Source: Callorhinchus milii (Eukaryota). From it: 64,000 nt of DNA. Below, in pieces: positions 61,829 to 64,000 of this stretch; position 1 is the stretch's first letter, and each line of letters begins with the position of its first letter. A program made the translations under genes and the position numbers. Where the stretch lies: contig NW_024704742.1 in NCBI RefSeq assembly GCF_018977255.1, positions 6,450,001 through 6,514,000 of the forward strand, in the 5' to 3' direction. The notes under the pieces were generated by a model that saw only the letters and a program-made list of their open reading frames with translations, ran no database searches and was not told the DNA's origin.

Positions 61829-63099
61829 TCTTAAGGCAGGCTTTAAAGATGGACAGGGAGGGGATGCGATAGAGCTGCTCCTGGATGTAGCTCCTGAGAG
61901 TACGGGCACCAAACCAAGAGAGGACTACACTACTTCTAAAACTCATTGGATTCAAATGCATTTGAATGTATTCCCTCCTTTCATTGGGAGGGAAATGCAA
62001 CAATTCTGAGCAGACTGTAACAGAAACCAGCTTGAGGTATTTTATAGTGAAAGTCAACAGAAAGACTGGCTACTTTTTTCTTCTATACAACTTTGAGCAA
62101 GTCTGCCCACACACTTGTAAAACTCCAGGAGCTCGAGGCATGTAGATATGTAACATATCTCCATCCTTTGAGTGTAAAACAAAAACTTCTTTCACCTGTC
62201 TATTAAAGCGTAAACGGGGATTGGGCTGTTGTTGCAAGTGCAAGTTCCTGAGCTTGAAGGGCTCTAAGCCAAGAAATATCACCAGAGTGGGTTCCTTAGC
62301 AACTTGCTCCTCCCGTTAAAGCAGCAGGAAAACATTTATCTTAGTGTGTGTAGAAATCCAAGACAGCTGAGATCTCTCACTCCCTCCCCCCAGTCTGATT
62401 TGATAGTTGAGATTACAGTCAATCACGAAAGCATAGTTGTGTCGTCCAGAAGATTCAAGCCCAGAAAGGACCCAGGCACAAAGGGAGAATTGAAAATTGC
62501 AGGGTGTAAGTAGATAGAAATTGCTAGTATTAAAAGAAAACAGCAGTGAAGCTGTACCTCACTCTGGACACAATTTAGCACTGAAGTCTGACCACAAAAT
62601 ACTAGATATTGGATAAATGCATATTGATACAGGGTGACTTTCAGTAACAAGTGCCATAGAAGGGTTGAAAAATTAGGCATTCATAACAGGGTAACAATGG
62701 TATCCAGATGCACATCACACTGACTCTCAGCAATTCCTGCTCCTATGCAACTGGAAATATATTGCACTGGAGTGAATACAGTGAATCCTGTAAAACACAT
62801 TGAGGCATCCTCCTGATTGGAATAGTGCTAGAGCAAATGTAAGGATTATTTATTCAGATTTTCAGAAGACAGTAGAAATTTTATTTTTCTTCTGACAGTT
62901 GATTTCTTGATTTCCTTTTCCATTCATTGGGGTTTCCCCGAGCCAGCAGCAAACTCTGGGCAAGATATAAAAACGTCAAGCTGTTCCAACGATTCGTTTC
63001 ATCCAGTGAATAATGCTCAACCTACCGTCAATGCTGCCGATGACAGTATAGCCAAGATTGGTGAACCCTTTCACCTCACCAGCCCCATCACCTTGTTAA

Positions 63100-63240
63100 G
63101 ATTTGCCTGGCTCACTTGCAAGTACTCTCACCCGAGTTGGAAGGTTGTGGGTTCAAGCCCCCATCAGGACTTTGAACGCGTAGTCTCAACTGATATTCCA
63201 ATGCAATGCTGGGGCTGTGCTGTATTTAGGGACTATCTTT
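63100..63240 (+). mobile_element. Old DeuSINE head
   Basis: TACTCTCACCCGAGTTGGAAGGTTGTGGGTTCAAGCCCC. Confidence 0.7.
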
Positions 63241-64000
63241 CTTATACTACATGCGACTGATAATGCTGCTTAGCATTCTTCAATATGGAAGAAGAATGAT
63301 CCAACTGTTTGTCTTTGTGTATTTTAGTGCTATGTTTTTTACATCAACCCTTTTTTTTTAAAAATGAAACACAGCAGCTTTATGCACTCTGACGTTGAGC
63401 TAAAACTGGTTTCGATCAAAATGCAGCGGAGATTTATTTTGCAACGTTGCTACATGCTGTTGTGAAAAAGATCGCTGGGAATTGCACATTTACCAAGGCC
63501 ATCCCCGGTCCTTGGGGTATAATTACACTGACCCAGGGACCTCAGGAATTTGATGGTCTGATGAAGTCAAAAGCCCACAGGACCTCTGCACAACATCAAC
63601 AGTAATAACTCGTATCCTGCAGATGCACTGCCTTGGTGTGTCAGCTCGGAGATCCAAGTATGGTAATGATCATTTCATACTGTACTTATCATTGTTAGAC
63701 AAGTCTTGTTGACATTGCATTTGGGAATATATCTTTTAACCGTTGTACTGCAAGTAACAGCGACAAATAATGCAGCTTACTTGGTTATTTTTTTATGTCG
63801 TATGGTAAGCTCTGGCAGGACCAAATGAAGCAAGCTGAGAAAAGGCAAAGGAACTCCCCACAACTGGCTACTGTCGAACTTTCCTTCAGCATTCCCGGTG
63901 GAATTCTTTCAAGAGCAGTGAATCAATGCCACGTTTCTGTGGTAAATCTCACTGCCACAGACAAATTCCATTTCTCATCAGAAAATATGATGATCTCATG

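Noticed and set aside
62907..63260. 117-aa ORF
   Set aside because: No recognisable homology, and its 3' part runs into a DeuSINE head

Overview
TE-rich, non-coding vertebrate DNA (intergenic or deep intronic). The repeats are a young tRNA-head/CORE-like/Deu-like/L2-tail SINE, an older DeuSINE, L2 and CR1 LINE remnants, and palindromic Penelope-type remnants. This mix points to a cartilaginous fish, most likely a chimaera such as Callorhinchus milii (inferred from recalled repeat families, not verified). I see no intact protein-coding gene, no true tRNA/rRNA gene and no prokaryote-type system; nearly all listed ORFs are chance or TE-derived. The only host-protein similarity is a ~140-bp USP46/USP12-like, apparently retrocopied fragment (~27.0-27.14 kb). 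The most interesting observations: (1) a 193-bp palindrome carrying degenerate minimal hammerhead motifs; (2) an unclassified ~330-500-bp repeat family in six copies, with one back-to-back pair; (3) two SINE subfamilies whose 3' stem-loop co-varies with, and is sometimes replaced by, the L2 stem-loop; (4) several nested insertions that date the TE waves; (5) local inverted and direct duplications; (6) a strong CTCF motif in a TE-free island. Repeat boundaries were read by eye and are approximate (about +/-10-20 bp).
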